This document shows positions 27,533 through 37,793 of a DNA stretch of 64,000 nucleotides, piece by piece. The first letter of the stretch is position 1. Every line of letters begins with the position of its first letter. Source of the stretch: Sphingomonas sp. (GTDB taxonomy: Bacteria > Pseudomonadota > Alphaproteobacteria > Sphingomonadales > Sphingomonadaceae); the NCBI GenBank assembly GCA_035575755.1, contig DATLXI010000018.1:153560-217559 (forward strand), in the 5' to 3' direction. A program made the translations under genes and the position numbers. The notes under the pieces were generated by a model, which saw only the letters and a program-made list of their open reading frames with translations, did not search any database and was not told where the DNA came from.

Positions 27533-27557
27533 AACCCTTTGACTGGGTGGACGTTCC
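27533..27557 (-). promoter_or_regulatory. EcfG (general stress sigma) promoter
   Basis: Minus strand reads GGAAC-N17-GTT, 30 nt upstream of the catalase-like start codon. Confidence 0.7.
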
Positions 27558-27626
27558 GCATCCGGCGACACGCGTCCGTTGCAAACCCGCCGCGGGCACG
27601 CGATTGGGGCGGCGAAGGAGCATCCC

Positions 27627-28301
27627 ATGCAGATTCCCGAACTCACCATCCCGACGATCGCGATCGCCGGCACGACCGATCGCTTCCCCGTGCGCCGCAT
27701 CTTCTGCGTCGGGCAGAACTACGCCGATCACGCCCGCGAAATGGGCTCGGACCCGGAAAAGCAACAGCCATTCTTCTTCTCCAAGCCCGCCGACGCGGTG
27801 GTCGCCAACGGTGCGACCTTGCCCTTCCCGTCCCGGACGGACAATTTGCACCATGAGGTCGAACTCGTCGTCGCGCTCGGCGCGGGCGGCAAGGACGTGG
27901 CACCGGAGGACGCGGCCGCGCTCATCTTCGGCGCCGCGGTGGGGATCGACCTGACCCGGCGCGATCTCCAGGCCGTCGCAAAGGCAGCGGGCAAGCCGTG
28001 GGACATGGCGAAGGGTTTCGATCGGTCGGCACCGGTGGCCGCACTGACCCGCGGCGTTCCCCCCGCTACAGGGGCGATCGCGCTGACGATCGATGGCGCG
28101 ATCCGACAGTCGGGCGACCTTTCGATGATGATCCTGACCGTCGCGGAGATCATCGCGACGCTGTCGACCTATGTCGAACTGGCGCCGGGCGATCTGGTCT
28201 TCACCGGCACGCCGGCCGGCGTCGGGCCGATCCAGCGGGGAGAAACCGTTCGCGCCACGATCGACGGATTCGAACCGCTCGAGGTGACGTTCGCCGGATG
28301 A
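27627..28301 (+). CDS. Fumarylacetoacetate hydrolase family protein
   Basis: RIFCVGQNYADH, FFFSKP, HHEVEL, DLTRRDLQ, WDMAKGFD, TGTPAGVG. Confidence 0.9.
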   Translation: MQIPELTIPTIAIAGTTDRFPVRRIFCVGQNYADHAREMGSDPEKQQPFFFSKPADAVVANGATLPFPSRTDNLHHEVELVVALGAGGKDVAPEDAAALIFGAAVGIDLTRRDLQAVAKAAGKPWDMAKGFDRSAPVAALTRGVPPATGAIALTIDGAIRQSGDLSMMILTVAEIIATLSTYVELAPGDLVFTGTPAGVGPIQRGETVRATIDGFEPLEVTFAG

Positions 28302-28358
28302 GTTGGCGCTTGAGCGTGGCGATCTGAACGACGCGACCGTCGCTCCCGCATAATCGCT

Positions 28359-28376
28359 ATTGCACATCGTTATCAT
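28359..28376. promoter_or_regulatory. Putative iron-regulator box (Fur/IRO-like)
   Basis: ATTGCACATCGTTATCAT fits TG(C/A)-N9-TCA, upstream of a PepSY-TM gene. Confidence 0.45.
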
Positions 28377-28437
28377 GTCTGTACCTGTGTGCCGATGAGC
28401 GCAAAGGTACGGACATGATCAACGGCGGGACCCGCGG

Positions 28438-29571
28438 ATGACCCGCGGGACGATCAAGACCTGGTATCTCGTCCACAAATGGACGAGCCTGATCTGCACC
28501 GCGTTCCTGCTGATGCTGTGCGTCACGGGCCTGCCGCTGATCTTCCACGAGGAGATCGACGGTTGGATCGATCCGCCTGCGCCGATGGCCACGCTGCCGG
28601 CCGGCACGCCCGCGCTGTCGCTCGATGCCATCCTGAACCGGGCGGCGGTCCAGTCGCCGGGCAACATACCGCTCTATATCAGCTTCGACGACGAACGACC
28701 GATCGTCTATGTCACGACCGGCCCGACCGCCGACGCGGTCCCCGCGGCCATGCACTTCCTGGCGTTCGACGCGCGCACCGGCGCGGTCATGCCCCCCTAT
28801 GTCAGCGGCGTCATGGACTTCATCCTGAAGCTGCACACCGACATGCTGCTCGGTTTCTGGGCGGAAATCTTCCTCGGGTTCATGGGGTTGCTGTTCTTCG
28901 CGGCGATCGTCTCCGGCGTCGTGCTCTACGCACCGTTCATGGCAAAGCTCGACTTCGGCACGCTGCGCCGCGGACGCAGCAAGCGGCTCGGCTGGCTCGA
29001 CCGGCATAACCTGCTCGGCATCGTCACGCTGGCATGGGCCAGCGTCGTCGGTGTGACCGGCACGATCAACACCTTCGTCGTGCCGATCACCGAGATGTGG
29101 AAAGCGAACGGATTGGCGGCGATCACCGCAACCGAGTCGCGCGTTCCGCTGGGCGCCAAGCGCGCGTCCGTCCAGGCAGCACTCGAAAGCGTGCAGCGCG
29201 AGGCGCCCGGCATGAAGCCGCAGTTCATCGCCTTTCCCGGCGTCGTCTTCAGCAGCAAGCATCATTACGGCGTGTTCCTCCGCGGGACGACGCCACTGAC
29301 CGCCAAGCTGCTCCAGCCGGGGTTCGTCGATGCGGCGACGGGGCGGCTCGACGCGGTGCCGCCGCTGCCGTGGTACATGACCGCGATGCTGCTCGCGCAA
29401 CCGCTGCACTTCGGCGATTATGGCGGCATCGCCATGAAGATCGTCTGGGCGATCTTCGACGTGCTGACGATCGTCGTCCTCGGCAGCGGTCTGTATCTGT
29501 GGCTGCGTCGCCGCGCCGGACCGAGCGAACAGCGAGTCCGCGAAGTCGTGATGGCGGGAGAAACAGCATGA
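28438..29571 (+). CDS. PepSY-associated TM helix protein (iron-regulated inner-membrane protein)
   Basis: HKWTSL, LKLHTD, DRHNLLG and PLHFGDYGG His-containing TM motifs. Confidence 0.88.
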   Translation: MTRGTIKTWYLVHKWTSLICTAFLLMLCVTGLPLIFHEEIDGWIDPPAPMATLPAGTPALSLDAILNRAAVQSPGNIPLYISFDDERPIVYVTTGPTADAVPAAMHFLAFDARTGAVMPPYVSGVMDFILKLHTDMLLGFWAEIFLGFMGLLFFAAIVSGVVLYAPFMAKLDFGTLRRGRSKRLGWLDRHNLLGIVTLAWASVVGVTGTINTFVVPITEMWKANGLAAITATESRVPLGAKRASVQAALESVQREAPGMKPQFIAFPGVVFSSKHHYGVFLRGTTPLTAKLLQPGFVDAATGRLDAVPPLPWYMTAMLLAQPLHFGDYGGIAMKIVWAIFDVLTIVVLGSGLYLWLRRRAGPSEQRVREVVMAGETA

Positions 29572-29792
29572 GCCACAAGACCAACCGCCAGATTTTTGCG
29601 TTGCCGATGCTGCTCGGGGTGTCGACCGTCGCCGGGCTCGGTGTCGGATTGATGGGGGACGGGATCTGGGACGTCGCTGCGGGTTTGCTGCTGACGATGC
29701 CGCTCGCGGTGACCGGCGGCTATTGGGTGCGCAAGCCCATGCCGGGGCGGCGGCCGATCGCCATGACGTTGGCCGATCCGGCAACCCGGTAA
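29568..29792 (+). CDS. Small two-TM protein coupled to the PepSY gene
   Basis: ATGA overlap; IFALPMLLGV...LMGDGIWD pattern. Confidence 0.7.
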   Translation: MSHKTNRQIFALPMLLGVSTVAGLGVGLMGDGIWDVAAGLLLTMPLAVTGGYWVRKPMPGRRPIAMTLADPATR

Positions 29793-29795
29793 GAG

Positions 29796-29818
29796 CGGGG
29801 GCGGTCGGGCCGCCCCCG
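29796..29818. terminator. GC-rich hairpin between convergent genes
   Basis: CGGGGGCGG-TCGGG-CCGCCCCCG; no clear U tract. Confidence 0.45.
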
Positions 29819-29839
29819 TGTCGTTGGTTTACACGGTGC

Positions 29840-30499
29840 TCAGGTGGCCGGCGTGGCGCGCTGGGCAGTCGTGGCAGTCGGTACGGTTGGCGTGGGGGCC
29901 GTCCCGGGAACGCGGGTCATCGTGCCGGGTGCCGCCGTCGGAGACTGCGGGGCCAACGCGGCTGGCGGCGGTGCGGCCGGCCCCCGATCCGGGCCCCCTT
30001 CTGGCCCACGCTCCGGTCCACCGGGACCATCGCGGCCGGGACCACCCGGGCCATGCGGACCACGCGGCGGGCGACCGATCGGGCCTAGCGCGGTCACCTT
30101 GCCACCCGCACCGACCAGGAACGACGCATGGACAAACCCGTCCTCGAACCGACCCTGGATCGTCACCGGCTGTCCGGCGGTGACCAGCGCGCTGTCGCTA
30201 CCCTCAGGGCCCAGATCGACCAGCGCCCGGCCGGTCCGATCGGCCATCACGAACTTGTCGCCATAAACCTCGGCGACCGTACCGCGGATCGTGACGATGC
30301 CGTCCGACTGGAGCGACCGGATCGCCACCGGGGTGGCAGGGGCCATCGTCACGCTGGGACGCGTGGCGGCAACGGTGACCGCACCGGCGGCGCCACCGAT
30401 CGCGAGCAGGCCCGCTGCGGCGAGCGCGAAGCGGTTGTTGCGGACCGTGAAGCGCTCGTTTGACGTGGTGGCGCTGGGCTCGTTCGAATGGTCTGGCAT
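29840..30499 (-). CDS. Exported bacterial OB-fold (BOF/YgiW-like) protein with Gly/Pro-rich tail
   Basis: Hydrophobic N-terminal segment; VTIRGTVAEVYGDKFVMADRTGRALVDLGP...GQPVTIQG OB fold. Confidence 0.7.
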   Translation of the reverse strand: MPDHSNEPSATTSNERFTVRNNRFALAAAGLLAIGGAAGAVTVAATRPSVTMAPATPVAIRSLQSDGIVTIRGTVAEVYGDKFVMADRTGRALVDLGPEGSDSALVTAGQPVTIQGRFEDGFVHASFLVGAGGKVTALGPIGRPPRGPHGPGGPGRDGPGGPERGPEGGPDRGPAAPPPAALAPQSPTAAPGTMTRVPGTAPTPTVPTATTAQRATPAT

Positions 30500-30558
30500 G
30501 ATCGTTTTCCTCTCGTTGGTTGACGACCGACGCTTTAGGCCTGCGCTGCCGACGCCCG

Positions 30559-30576
30559 CTGAACCAAGCCGTTCAG
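30559..30576. promoter_or_regulatory. Inverted repeat, putative response-regulator operator
   Basis: CTGAAC-N6-GTTCAG in the divergent promoter region. Confidence 0.45.
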
Positions 30577-30609
30577 TTTCCGTTGGGGTCTCGGGCCTAG
30601 GGATTTCGC

Positions 30610-31275
30610 ATGCGGGTATTATTGGTCGAGGATGATGCGGCGATCGCCGACGCGCTGGCACGAGCGTTGCGCGCGGAGCATTTCGCGGTCGACGTCGCGC
30701 GCAACGGTGAGGACGGCGGGCATCTCGGCGCGACCGAACTGTACGATGCGGCCGTGCTCGATCTGGGCCTGCCCAAGCGCGACGGCCTGTCGGTCCTGCG
30801 CGACTGGCGTGCGGCGGGGTGCGACCTTCCCGTCCTGATCCTCACTGCGCGCGACGGGTGGTCGGAGAAGGTCGAGGGCTTCAAGGCCGGTGCCGACGAT
30901 TATGTCGTCAAGCCGTTCCGGGTCGAGGAAGTGATCATGCGGTTGCGCGCGCTGGTGCGTCGTGCGGCCGGTCATGCCGCCGCCCGCGTGACCTGCGGCC
31001 CGCTCGCCTTCGATGCGCAACTCGGGACGTTCGAACTCGACGGGCTTCCGTTGAAGCTGACCGCGTTCGAATGGCGCGTGCTGTCGGCGCTCATGCTCCG
31101 CCGCGAGGTGGTGATCGAGCGCGCCGACCTGATCGAGCGGGTCTATGAGGGCGATGCCGACGTCGATTCCAACTCGATCGAGGTCATCATCGGCCGGTTG
31201 CGTCGCAAGATCGGCATGCAGCGGATCGAGACCGTGCGCGGGCGCGGCTATCGGCTGACGGCGGGCGAGGCATGA
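30610..31275 (+). CDS. OmpR/PhoB-family response regulator (FeuP/QseB-like)
   Basis: LLVEDD, LDLGLP, GADDY..KPF, IETVRGRGY. Confidence 0.92.
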   Translation: MRVLLVEDDAAIADALARALRAEHFAVDVARNGEDGGHLGATELYDAAVLDLGLPKRDGLSVLRDWRAAGCDLPVLILTARDGWSEKVEGFKAGADDYVVKPFRVEEVIMRLRALVRRAAGHAAARVTCGPLAFDAQLGTFELDGLPLKLTAFEWRVLSALMLRREVVIERADLIERVYEGDADVDSNSIEVIIGRLRRKIGMQRIETVRGRGYRLTAGEA

Positions 31276-31312
31276 TCGGATCAGAGTTTTGGTTCCGGAT
31301 CGGCACCGCGTA

Positions 31313-32665
31313 ATGGCAAGGCTTCGCCTCGTTCCGCGGTCGCTGTTTGGCTGCATGCTCGCGATCTCGGCGATCTCGACTTTGCTCGCGCTGCTGTTTG
31401 CGGCGTTTACGATCAGCCATGTGCTCGAACGCTTCGTAATGCACGGTCTGGACGATCGCCTCGATGCGCAGATCGCGGTACTCGCGCGCGAGATACGCCC
31501 CGACGGCAGCTTCGACCGCTCGCGCGCCGTCGACTTGCCGGGGTTCGGCGAATCGGAGTCCGGCTGGAGCTGGCAGGTCGATGGTCCGTCCGGGCATTGG
31601 CAAAGCGTCGCGGGCTCGCGCCGGATCATGGTCGCCCCTCCCCGCCCTCCCGGTCGACGCCATCCCGGTGCCGACACTGGGCCACGCCCCGGCGAGGGAC
31701 GCGGTCCCGGCGGCGAGGATCTGCATTCGCGAACCTCGATCGTCACCACGTCCGCGGGCCCCGTGACGATTACCGCGGTTGGACCGCGCGAGATCGTCGA
31801 GGCACCGTTGCGCAGCGCGATGATCCCGCTGCTCGGATCGCTCGCGCTGCTCGGGATCGGGCTGGGGCTTGCGACGCTGTTGCAGTTGCGGATCGGCTTC
31901 CGCCCGTTACGCGCGCTCAGGATTTCGCTCGCCGCGATCCGCAACGGTACCGAACGCCATATCAGCGAGGATCAGCCGGCAGAACTACAGCCGCTCGTCA
32001 CCGAACTGAACGCGTTGATCGACCAGAACGCCGCCGGGCTCGCGCATGCCCGGCAGCATGTCGCCAACCTCGCGCACGGGCTCAAGACCCCGCTCGCGGC
32101 GCTGTCGCTGCGACTGGCCGAGGCTGGCGCCACGGAGGAGGTTCGCGACATGGTCGACCAGATCGATCGCCGCGTCCGCCATCACCTCGGCCGCGCCCGC
32201 GCCGATGCAACCGCCGCGACCCGCACGCAAACACCGCTCGCACCGGCGATCGCCGATCTGGTCGCGGTGTTGCAGCGACTCCACGCCGACCGCGCGATCC
32301 AGGTTTCGGTCGACGTCCCCCCCGACCTCGCCGTCGCCATCGACCCGCAGGATCTCGACGAAATGATCGGCAACCTCCTCGACAACGCCATGCGCCACGC
32401 CCGCACGAAAGTTGCGATCAGCGCCGTCAAAAACCCACGCCAAACCAACCTCACCATCGCCGACGATGGTGACGGCCTCGACGACCACGCAATCGACGAG
32501 GCGATGGTCCCCGGACGACGCCTGGACGAACGCGGGGACGGCCATGGTTTCGGACTGTCGATTACGCGCGAACTTGCCGAACTAAACGGCGGCACGCTCG
32601 CTCTTGCCCGGTCGCCGGACCTGGGGGGACTACTCGCCTGTCTGATCCTGCGGGTCCGCAGCTGA
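31313..32665 (+). CDS. Sensor histidine kinase (FeuQ/PhoQ-like)
   Basis: Two TMs, HAMP, LAHGLKTPL H-box, NLLDNA, DDGDG, GHGFGL. Confidence 0.9.
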   Translation: MARLRLVPRSLFGCMLAISAISTLLALLFAAFTISHVLERFVMHGLDDRLDAQIAVLAREIRPDGSFDRSRAVDLPGFGESESGWSWQVDGPSGHWQSVAGSRRIMVAPPRPPGRRHPGADTGPRPGEGRGPGGEDLHSRTSIVTTSAGPVTITAVGPREIVEAPLRSAMIPLLGSLALLGIGLGLATLLQLRIGFRPLRALRISLAAIRNGTERHISEDQPAELQPLVTELNALIDQNAAGLAHARQHVANLAHGLKTPLAALSLRLAEAGATEEVRDMVDQIDRRVRHHLGRARADATAATRTQTPLAPAIADLVAVLQRLHADRAIQVSVDVPPDLAVAIDPQDLDEMIGNLLDNAMRHARTKVAISAVKNPRQTNLTIADDGDGLDDHAIDEAMVPGRRLDERGDGHGFGLSITRELAELNGGTLALARSPDLGGLLACLILRVRS

Positions 32666-32907
32666 GTCTTCTGCAATAGCGTCAGGCTGGCCACTTTGCG
32701 CCGCCAAGCCCGCGACATTTGCGTTTTCGTATTACTCGGACATCGACGTCACGGTTGGACATCACGCTTTGAACCCATGTTGGGTCATCTCTCCGCCAAT
32801 CCGCAGTGGCGGTAAGTTTGGCGATCGGGAGCTAGGCCACGCCTCCCAGCAAAGGAGACCGGCTTTGTCGTGGCAATGGCGTGCGGAGAGCACGCCATTG
32901 CCGTCTT

Positions 32908-34236
32908 TCAGTGAACCGTAACGGGATCCGGCAGCGGATCGGTTACCTTGGATCCCCAGATCGCGTAGAACAGGATGTAGAGTTCGCAGAGCGCAGTCAG
33001 CAGGAACGAGATCTGCAACCCGTAAGTGTCGGCGAGCCAACCCTGCACGATCACCAAAGCACCACCCGCAATCGCCATGATCAGCAGGCCAGAGCCCTCC
33101 TCGGTCAGCGGCCCTAGTCCGCGGATGCCGAGCGTGAAGATGGTTGGAAACATGATCGAGTGGAACAGGCCGACCGAGATCAGCGCCCACATCGCGACGT
33201 GACCGGTCGTGAAGGTCGCGATCAGCATCACCACGAAGGCACCGATGCTGGCGAGCGCCAGCACGCGTTCGGCGGGCACTGTCCGCATGACGACGCTGCC
33301 GACGAGGCGGCCGACCATCATCCCGCCCCACAGGATGAACAGGTAATGCGACGCCTGTTCGTGGGTGAGATTGCCGATCTGCGGCTGGCTGACGAAGTTG
33401 ATGAACAGGTTGGCGACGCCGATCTCGGCTATCAGATAAATGAAGATCGCCGGGATACCGAGCACGAGGTTCCGGTGCGACCAGAGCGACAGGCCCTTGC
33501 GGTCCGCCTTGGCCGAACGCTGCGTCGCCGACCCCATTGCCGGCAGCGGGAAGCGCGCGATCACGATCGCCAACACCACGAGCACGCCCGCGACGATCAG
33601 GTACGGCAGCACCACCGACTGTGCATCGGCCAGCCGCTCGGCCGGCGTCAGAACCGCGGTTGAGCCGGCGACCGCAGTCCCCGACGTCGAGCGGCCGAGG
33701 ATGAGATACCCGCCGAACAGCGGCGCGAGCGTCGCGCCAGCCGAGTTGAACGCCTGCACCAGGTTCAGGCGCGACGACGCCGTCTCTGGCGGGCCGACGA
33801 CCGCGACATAGGGGTTGGCCGCGACCTGAAGCAGCGTAATGCCGCTGGCGATCACGAACAGCGCGAACAGCGTGACGCCGTAGGATGGCAGGCGCGCGGC
33901 GGGCACCATCATCAACGCTCCAACCGCCATAAGGCCCAGCCCGAACACCATCGCACGCTGATAGCCGACCCGCTCGATCAGCTTGGCGGACGGGATCGAC
34001 GCGAAGAAATAGGCGATGAACCAGACGCTCTCGATCAGAGTCGTCTGCGTATAGCTGAGGTCGAACACGCTGCGCAGATGCGGCAACAGCGTGTTGTTGA
34101 TGACCGTGATGAAGCCCCACATGAAGAACAGGCTGGCCAACAGCGTCAATGCCGAGCGGTAACTCGGCGCGCCGCCTGCTCTCGTCGGCGTAGCGACGCT
34201 CCCGACCGGTCGTTGCGTCTGTATCGGCATCGCCAT
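32908..34236 (-). CDS. gluP: FucP/GluP-family sugar MFS transporter
   Basis: LFFMWGFIT, LQVAANPYV, RLNLVQAFNS, SIMFPTIF. Confidence 0.85.
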   Translation of the reverse strand: MAMPIQTQRPVGSVATPTRAGGAPSYRSALTLLASLFFMWGFITVINNTLLPHLRSVFDLSYTQTTLIESVWFIAYFFASIPSAKLIERVGYQRAMVFGLGLMAVGALMMVPAARLPSYGVTLFALFVIASGITLLQVAANPYVAVVGPPETASSRLNLVQAFNSAGATLAPLFGGYLILGRSTSGTAVAGSTAVLTPAERLADAQSVVLPYLIVAGVLVVLAIVIARFPLPAMGSATQRSAKADRKGLSLWSHRNLVLGIPAIFIYLIAEIGVANLFINFVSQPQIGNLTHEQASHYLFILWGGMMVGRLVGSVVMRTVPAERVLALASIGAFVVMLIATFTTGHVAMWALISVGLFHSIMFPTIFTLGIRGLGPLTEEGSGLLIMAIAGGALVIVQGWLADTYGLQISFLLTALCELYILFYAIWGSKVTDPLPDPVTVH

Positions 34237-34305
34237 AATCGTCCACCCTCCGTGCCGTGTCGGCGACTGATCGACAGTCTTTTACCGCATGGCTTGCTCA
34301 GAAAT

Positions 34306-34322
34306 ATATTGTCCGACTATAT
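34306..34322. promoter_or_regulatory. Palindromic operator (GntR/FadR-like)
   Basis: ATATTGTC-C-GACTATAT, one mismatch, between the divergent transporter and mutarotase genes. Confidence 0.5.
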
Positions 34323-34373
34323 AGACACGCAAGGCGCGTCAACGGCGTCGAACGATTAGGGACGGGAACCGGA

Positions 34374-35519
34374 ATGCGCGCAATCACACAGTCGGGGATC
34401 ATCGTGGCAACCTTGCTGGTAGCGCTCTCGGCGCAGGCTGCCGACGCGGCGGAGGCAAAGCGCTCGCCTGCCGGTAGCTTGCGCGATGGCACGGCGATCG
34501 AAGCGATCACGCTCAGCAACGCACACGGCGTCTCGGCGCGGATCCTGTCCTACGGCGCGACGCTCCAGTCGCTGATGGGGCCCGACCGTAGCGGGGCGAT
34601 CGCCGATGTCGTGTTGGGCTATGACGACCTGGCATCCTATGTCGACCATCCCAATTTCTTCGGCGTGACGGTGGGCCGCTATGCCAATCGCATCGCCGGC
34701 GGGCGCTTCGTGCTCGACGGCAAGACGTATCAATTGCCGCTGAACGACAAGACCAACTCGTTGCACGGCGGCGGCAAGGGGTTCGACAAGGTCGCTTGGC
34801 GGGTCCTGTTGGTGAAGAGCGGCCCGACCGCGACGCTCGTGCTCGGCCATAAGAGCCCCGATGGCGATGCCGGCTATCCCGGCACCCTCGATGTTACCGT
34901 TACCTATACGCCCGACGAAGCGGGTAATCTGGGCATCGCCTATGACGCGAAGACCGACAAGCCGACGGTCGTCAACATGACCAACCACGCCATTTTCGAC
35001 CTTGGCGGCGAAGGCTCGCGGATGGGCGCCTATGGCCACCGGCTGACCATTCCCGCCAAGGCGATCACGCCGGTCGACGACAAGCTGATCCGGACGGGTA
35101 CGTTGCAACCGGTGGCCGGTACCGTGTTCGACTTCCTTGCCGGGCGCATCGTTGGCGACGGCATTCGCGACGGGCGCGACCAGCAGATCCACTACGGCAC
35201 CGGTTACGATCACAACTTTGCCCTCGACAAGGGGCTGACCGCCAAGCCCGAACTTGCCGCGCGACTGGAGGACCCGGCATCCGGCCGCGTCCTTGAGGTG
35301 CTCACGACCGAGCCGGGCGTGCAGTTCTACACCGGCAACTTCCTCGACGGATCCTTCGTCGGGAAGCATGGGCATCTCTACCGGATGGGCGACGGAATCG
35401 CGCTCGAACCGCAGAAATTCCCGGACGCTCCCAACAAACCGAACTTCGTTTCCGCGCGCGTCGATCCGGGCAAACCGTATCACCACGCGATGATCTACCG
35501 CCTTTCCGTCGCCCGCTGA
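34374..35519 (+). CDS. galM: Aldose 1-epimerase (mutarotase) with signal peptide
   Basis: [32 protein letters not shown]; AQA-ADA-AEA cleavage region. Confidence 0.88.
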   Translation: MRAITQSGIIVATLLVALSAQAADAAEAKRSPAGSLRDGTAIEAITLSNAHGVSARILSYGATLQSLMGPDRSGAIADVVLGYDDLASYVDHPNFFGVTVGRYANRIAGGRFVLDGKTYQLPLNDKTNSLHGGGKGFDKVAWRVLLVKSGPTATLVLGHKSPDGDAGYPGTLDVTVTYTPDEAGNLGIAYDAKTDKPTVVNMTNHAIFDLGGEGSRMGAYGHRLTIPAKAITPVDDKLIRTGTLQPVAGTVFDFLAGRIVGDGIRDGRDQQIHYGTGYDHNFALDKGLTAKPELAARLEDPASGRVLEVLTTEPGVQFYTGNFLDGSFVGKHGHLYRMGDGIALEPQKFPDAPNKPNFVSARVDPGKPYHHAMIYRLSVAR

Positions 35520-35544
35520 CACCCGATCTCCAGAAAGCCTTCCG

Positions 35545-37338
35545 ATGACCAACATGCCCCCCAAGCTTCGCAGCCGCGCATGGTTCGATAACCCTGAGAA
35601 TATCGACATGACCGCGCTCTACCTGGAGCGCTATCTGAACTTCGGGCTGAGCCTGGAGGAACTGCGCTCTGGCAAGCCGATCATCGGCATCGCCCAGACC
35701 GGCAGCGACCTCTCGCCCTGCAACCGCCACCATCTCGTGCTGGCCGAACGGCTGCGCGAAGGCATCCGTGAAGCCGGCGGCATCGCGCTCGAATTCCCGG
35801 TCCACCCGATCCAGGAAACCGGCAAGCGCCCGACCGCAGGGCTCGACCGCAACCTCGCCTATCTGGCGCTGGTCGAGGTGCTCTACGGCTATCCGCTCGA
35901 CGGCGTCGTGCTGACGATCGGCTGCGACAAGACGACGCCCGCCTGCCTGATGGCGGCGGCCACCGTCAACATTCCCGCCATCGCGCTGTCGGTCGGGCCG
36001 ATGCTCAACGGCTGGCACAAGGGCGAGCGCACCGGCTCGGGGACGATCGTGTGGAAGGCGCGAGAGCTGCTCGCGACCGGCGCGATCGACGATGAGGGCT
36101 TCATCAAGCTCGTCGCGTCGTCGGCGCCGTCGACCGGCTATTGCAACACGATGGGCACCGCGACGACGATGAACAGCCTGGCCGAGGCGCTTGGCATGCA
36201 GCTGCCCGGCTCGGCCGCGATCCCCGCACCGTATCGCGACCGCCAAGAGGTCGCGTACAAGACCGGCAAGCGGATCGTCGACATGGTCGCCGAGGATCTC
36301 AAGCCGTCGGACATCCTCACCAAGGACGCGTTCCACAACGCGATCGTCGTCAATTCGGCGATCGGCGGATCGACCAATGCACCGATCCATCTCGCCGCGA
36401 TCGCGCGCCATATCGGCGTCGACCTGCCGATCGACGACTGGCAGACGCACGGCCACAAGGTGCCGCTGATGGTCAACCTCCAGCCTGCGGGCGAATATCT
36501 GGGCGAGGATTATTATCATGCCGGCGGCGTTCCCGCGGTGGTCGCCGAGTTGATGAAGCAGGGCCTGATCCACGAAGACGCGATGACCGCCAACGGCAAG
36601 TCGATCGGCGACAATTGTCGCGACGCGACGATCGAGGACGAGCGCGTCATTCGCCCGTTCGCGACGCCGTTGCTGGAGGATGCCGGCTTCATCGTGTTGC
36701 GCGGCAACCTGTTCGACTCGGCGATCATGAAGACCAGCGTCATTTCGCCGGAGTTCCGTGCGCGCTATCTGTCCAACCCGGACGATCTCGAAGCGTTCGA
36801 GGGCCCTGCGGTCGTGTTCGATGGGCCGGAGGATTACCACCACCGGATCGACGATCCCTCGCTCGGCATCACCACCGACACGTTGCTGTTCATGCGTGGC
36901 GCAGGGCCGATCGGCTATCCGGGTGCCGCCGAAGTCGTGAACATGCGGCCGCCCGCATACCTGATCCGCGAGGGCGTCCATGCCCTTCCCTGCATCGGTG
37001 ATGGCCGCCAGTCGGGAACCTCGGGGTCGCCGTCGATCCTCAACGCTTCGCCTGAGGCGGCGGCGATGGGCGGGCTTGCACTGATCCGCACCGGCGACCG
37101 TGTCCGCATCGACCTCGCCAAGGGATCGGCCAACGTGTTGATCTCCGACGCGGAACTGGCCGAGCGTCGCCGCGCGCTGACCGAGGCGGGCGGCTATGCC
37201 TTCCCGCGCTCGCAGACGCCCTGGCAGGAAATCCAGCGCGCCACGGTCGGCCAGATGGAGACCGGCGCGATCCTCGAAGGCGCCGAGAAGTATCAGCGTA
37301 TCGCGCAGACGATGGGCCTACCGCGCGACAATCACTGA
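35545..37338 (+). CDS. IlvD/Edd-family sugar-acid dehydratase (XylD/galactonate-type)
   Basis: [43 protein letters not shown]. Confidence 0.9.
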   Translation: MTNMPPKLRSRAWFDNPENIDMTALYLERYLNFGLSLEELRSGKPIIGIAQTGSDLSPCNRHHLVLAERLREGIREAGGIALEFPVHPIQETGKRPTAGLDRNLAYLALVEVLYGYPLDGVVLTIGCDKTTPACLMAAATVNIPAIALSVGPMLNGWHKGERTGSGTIVWKARELLATGAIDDEGFIKLVASSAPSTGYCNTMGTATTMNSLAEALGMQLPGSAAIPAPYRDRQEVAYKTGKRIVDMVAEDLKPSDILTKDAFHNAIVVNSAIGGSTNAPIHLAAIARHIGVDLPIDDWQTHGHKVPLMVNLQPAGEYLGEDYYHAGGVPAVVAELMKQGLIHEDAMTANGKSIGDNCRDATIEDERVIRPFATPLLEDAGFIVLRGNLFDSAIMKTSVISPEFRARYLSNPDDLEAFEGPAVVFDGPEDYHHRIDDPSLGITTDTLLFMRGAGPIGYPGAAEVVNMRPPAYLIREGVHALPCIGDGRQSGTSGSPSILNASPEAAAMGGLALIRTGDRVRIDLAKGSANVLISDAELAERRRALTEAGGYAFPRSQTPWQEIQRATVGQMETGAILEGAEKYQRIAQTMGLPRDNH

Positions 37339-37793
37339 AGCGTGACTGCGCGCCGCTCGATCAGGGCGGTGCGCAGGCATTGGCAAACGACCTCGTCGCG
37401 CTGGTTGATCAGCCGGTGCGTGAAGGTGACGATCCCGGCATTCGGGCGCGACTTGCTGGGCTTGAGGTCGGTGACCTCGGTCTGGCAGCGCATCGTGTCG
37501 CCGATGAAGACGGGCTTGGGATGCACGAGCTTGTCGTAGCCGAGGTTCGCGACGAGCGTGCCGAGCGTCGTCTCGCCGACCGACAGCCCGACCATCAGCG
37601 CGAAGGTGAAGGTGCCGTTGACGAGGATTTGGCCGAACTCGCTTAGCCGCGCCGCCTCGATATCGAGGTGAAGCGGTTGCGGGTTGTGCGTCATCGTCGA
37701 GAACAGGAGGTTGTCCGTCTCGGTCACCGTGCGGCGGATCTCGTGCTCGATCCGGTCGCCGATGCTCCAATCGTCGTAATAGCGGCCTGTCAT
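37332..37793 (-). CDS. MaoC-family enoyl-CoA hydratase
   Basis: [29 protein letters not shown]. Confidence 0.88.
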   Translation of the reverse strand: MTGRYYDDWSIGDRIEHEIRRTVTETDNLLFSTMTHNPQPLHLDIEAARLSEFGQILVNGTFTFALMVGLSVGETTLGTLVANLGYDKLVHPKPVFIGDTMRCQTEVTDLKPSKSRPNAGIVTFTHRLINQRDEVVCQCLRTALIERRAVTLQ

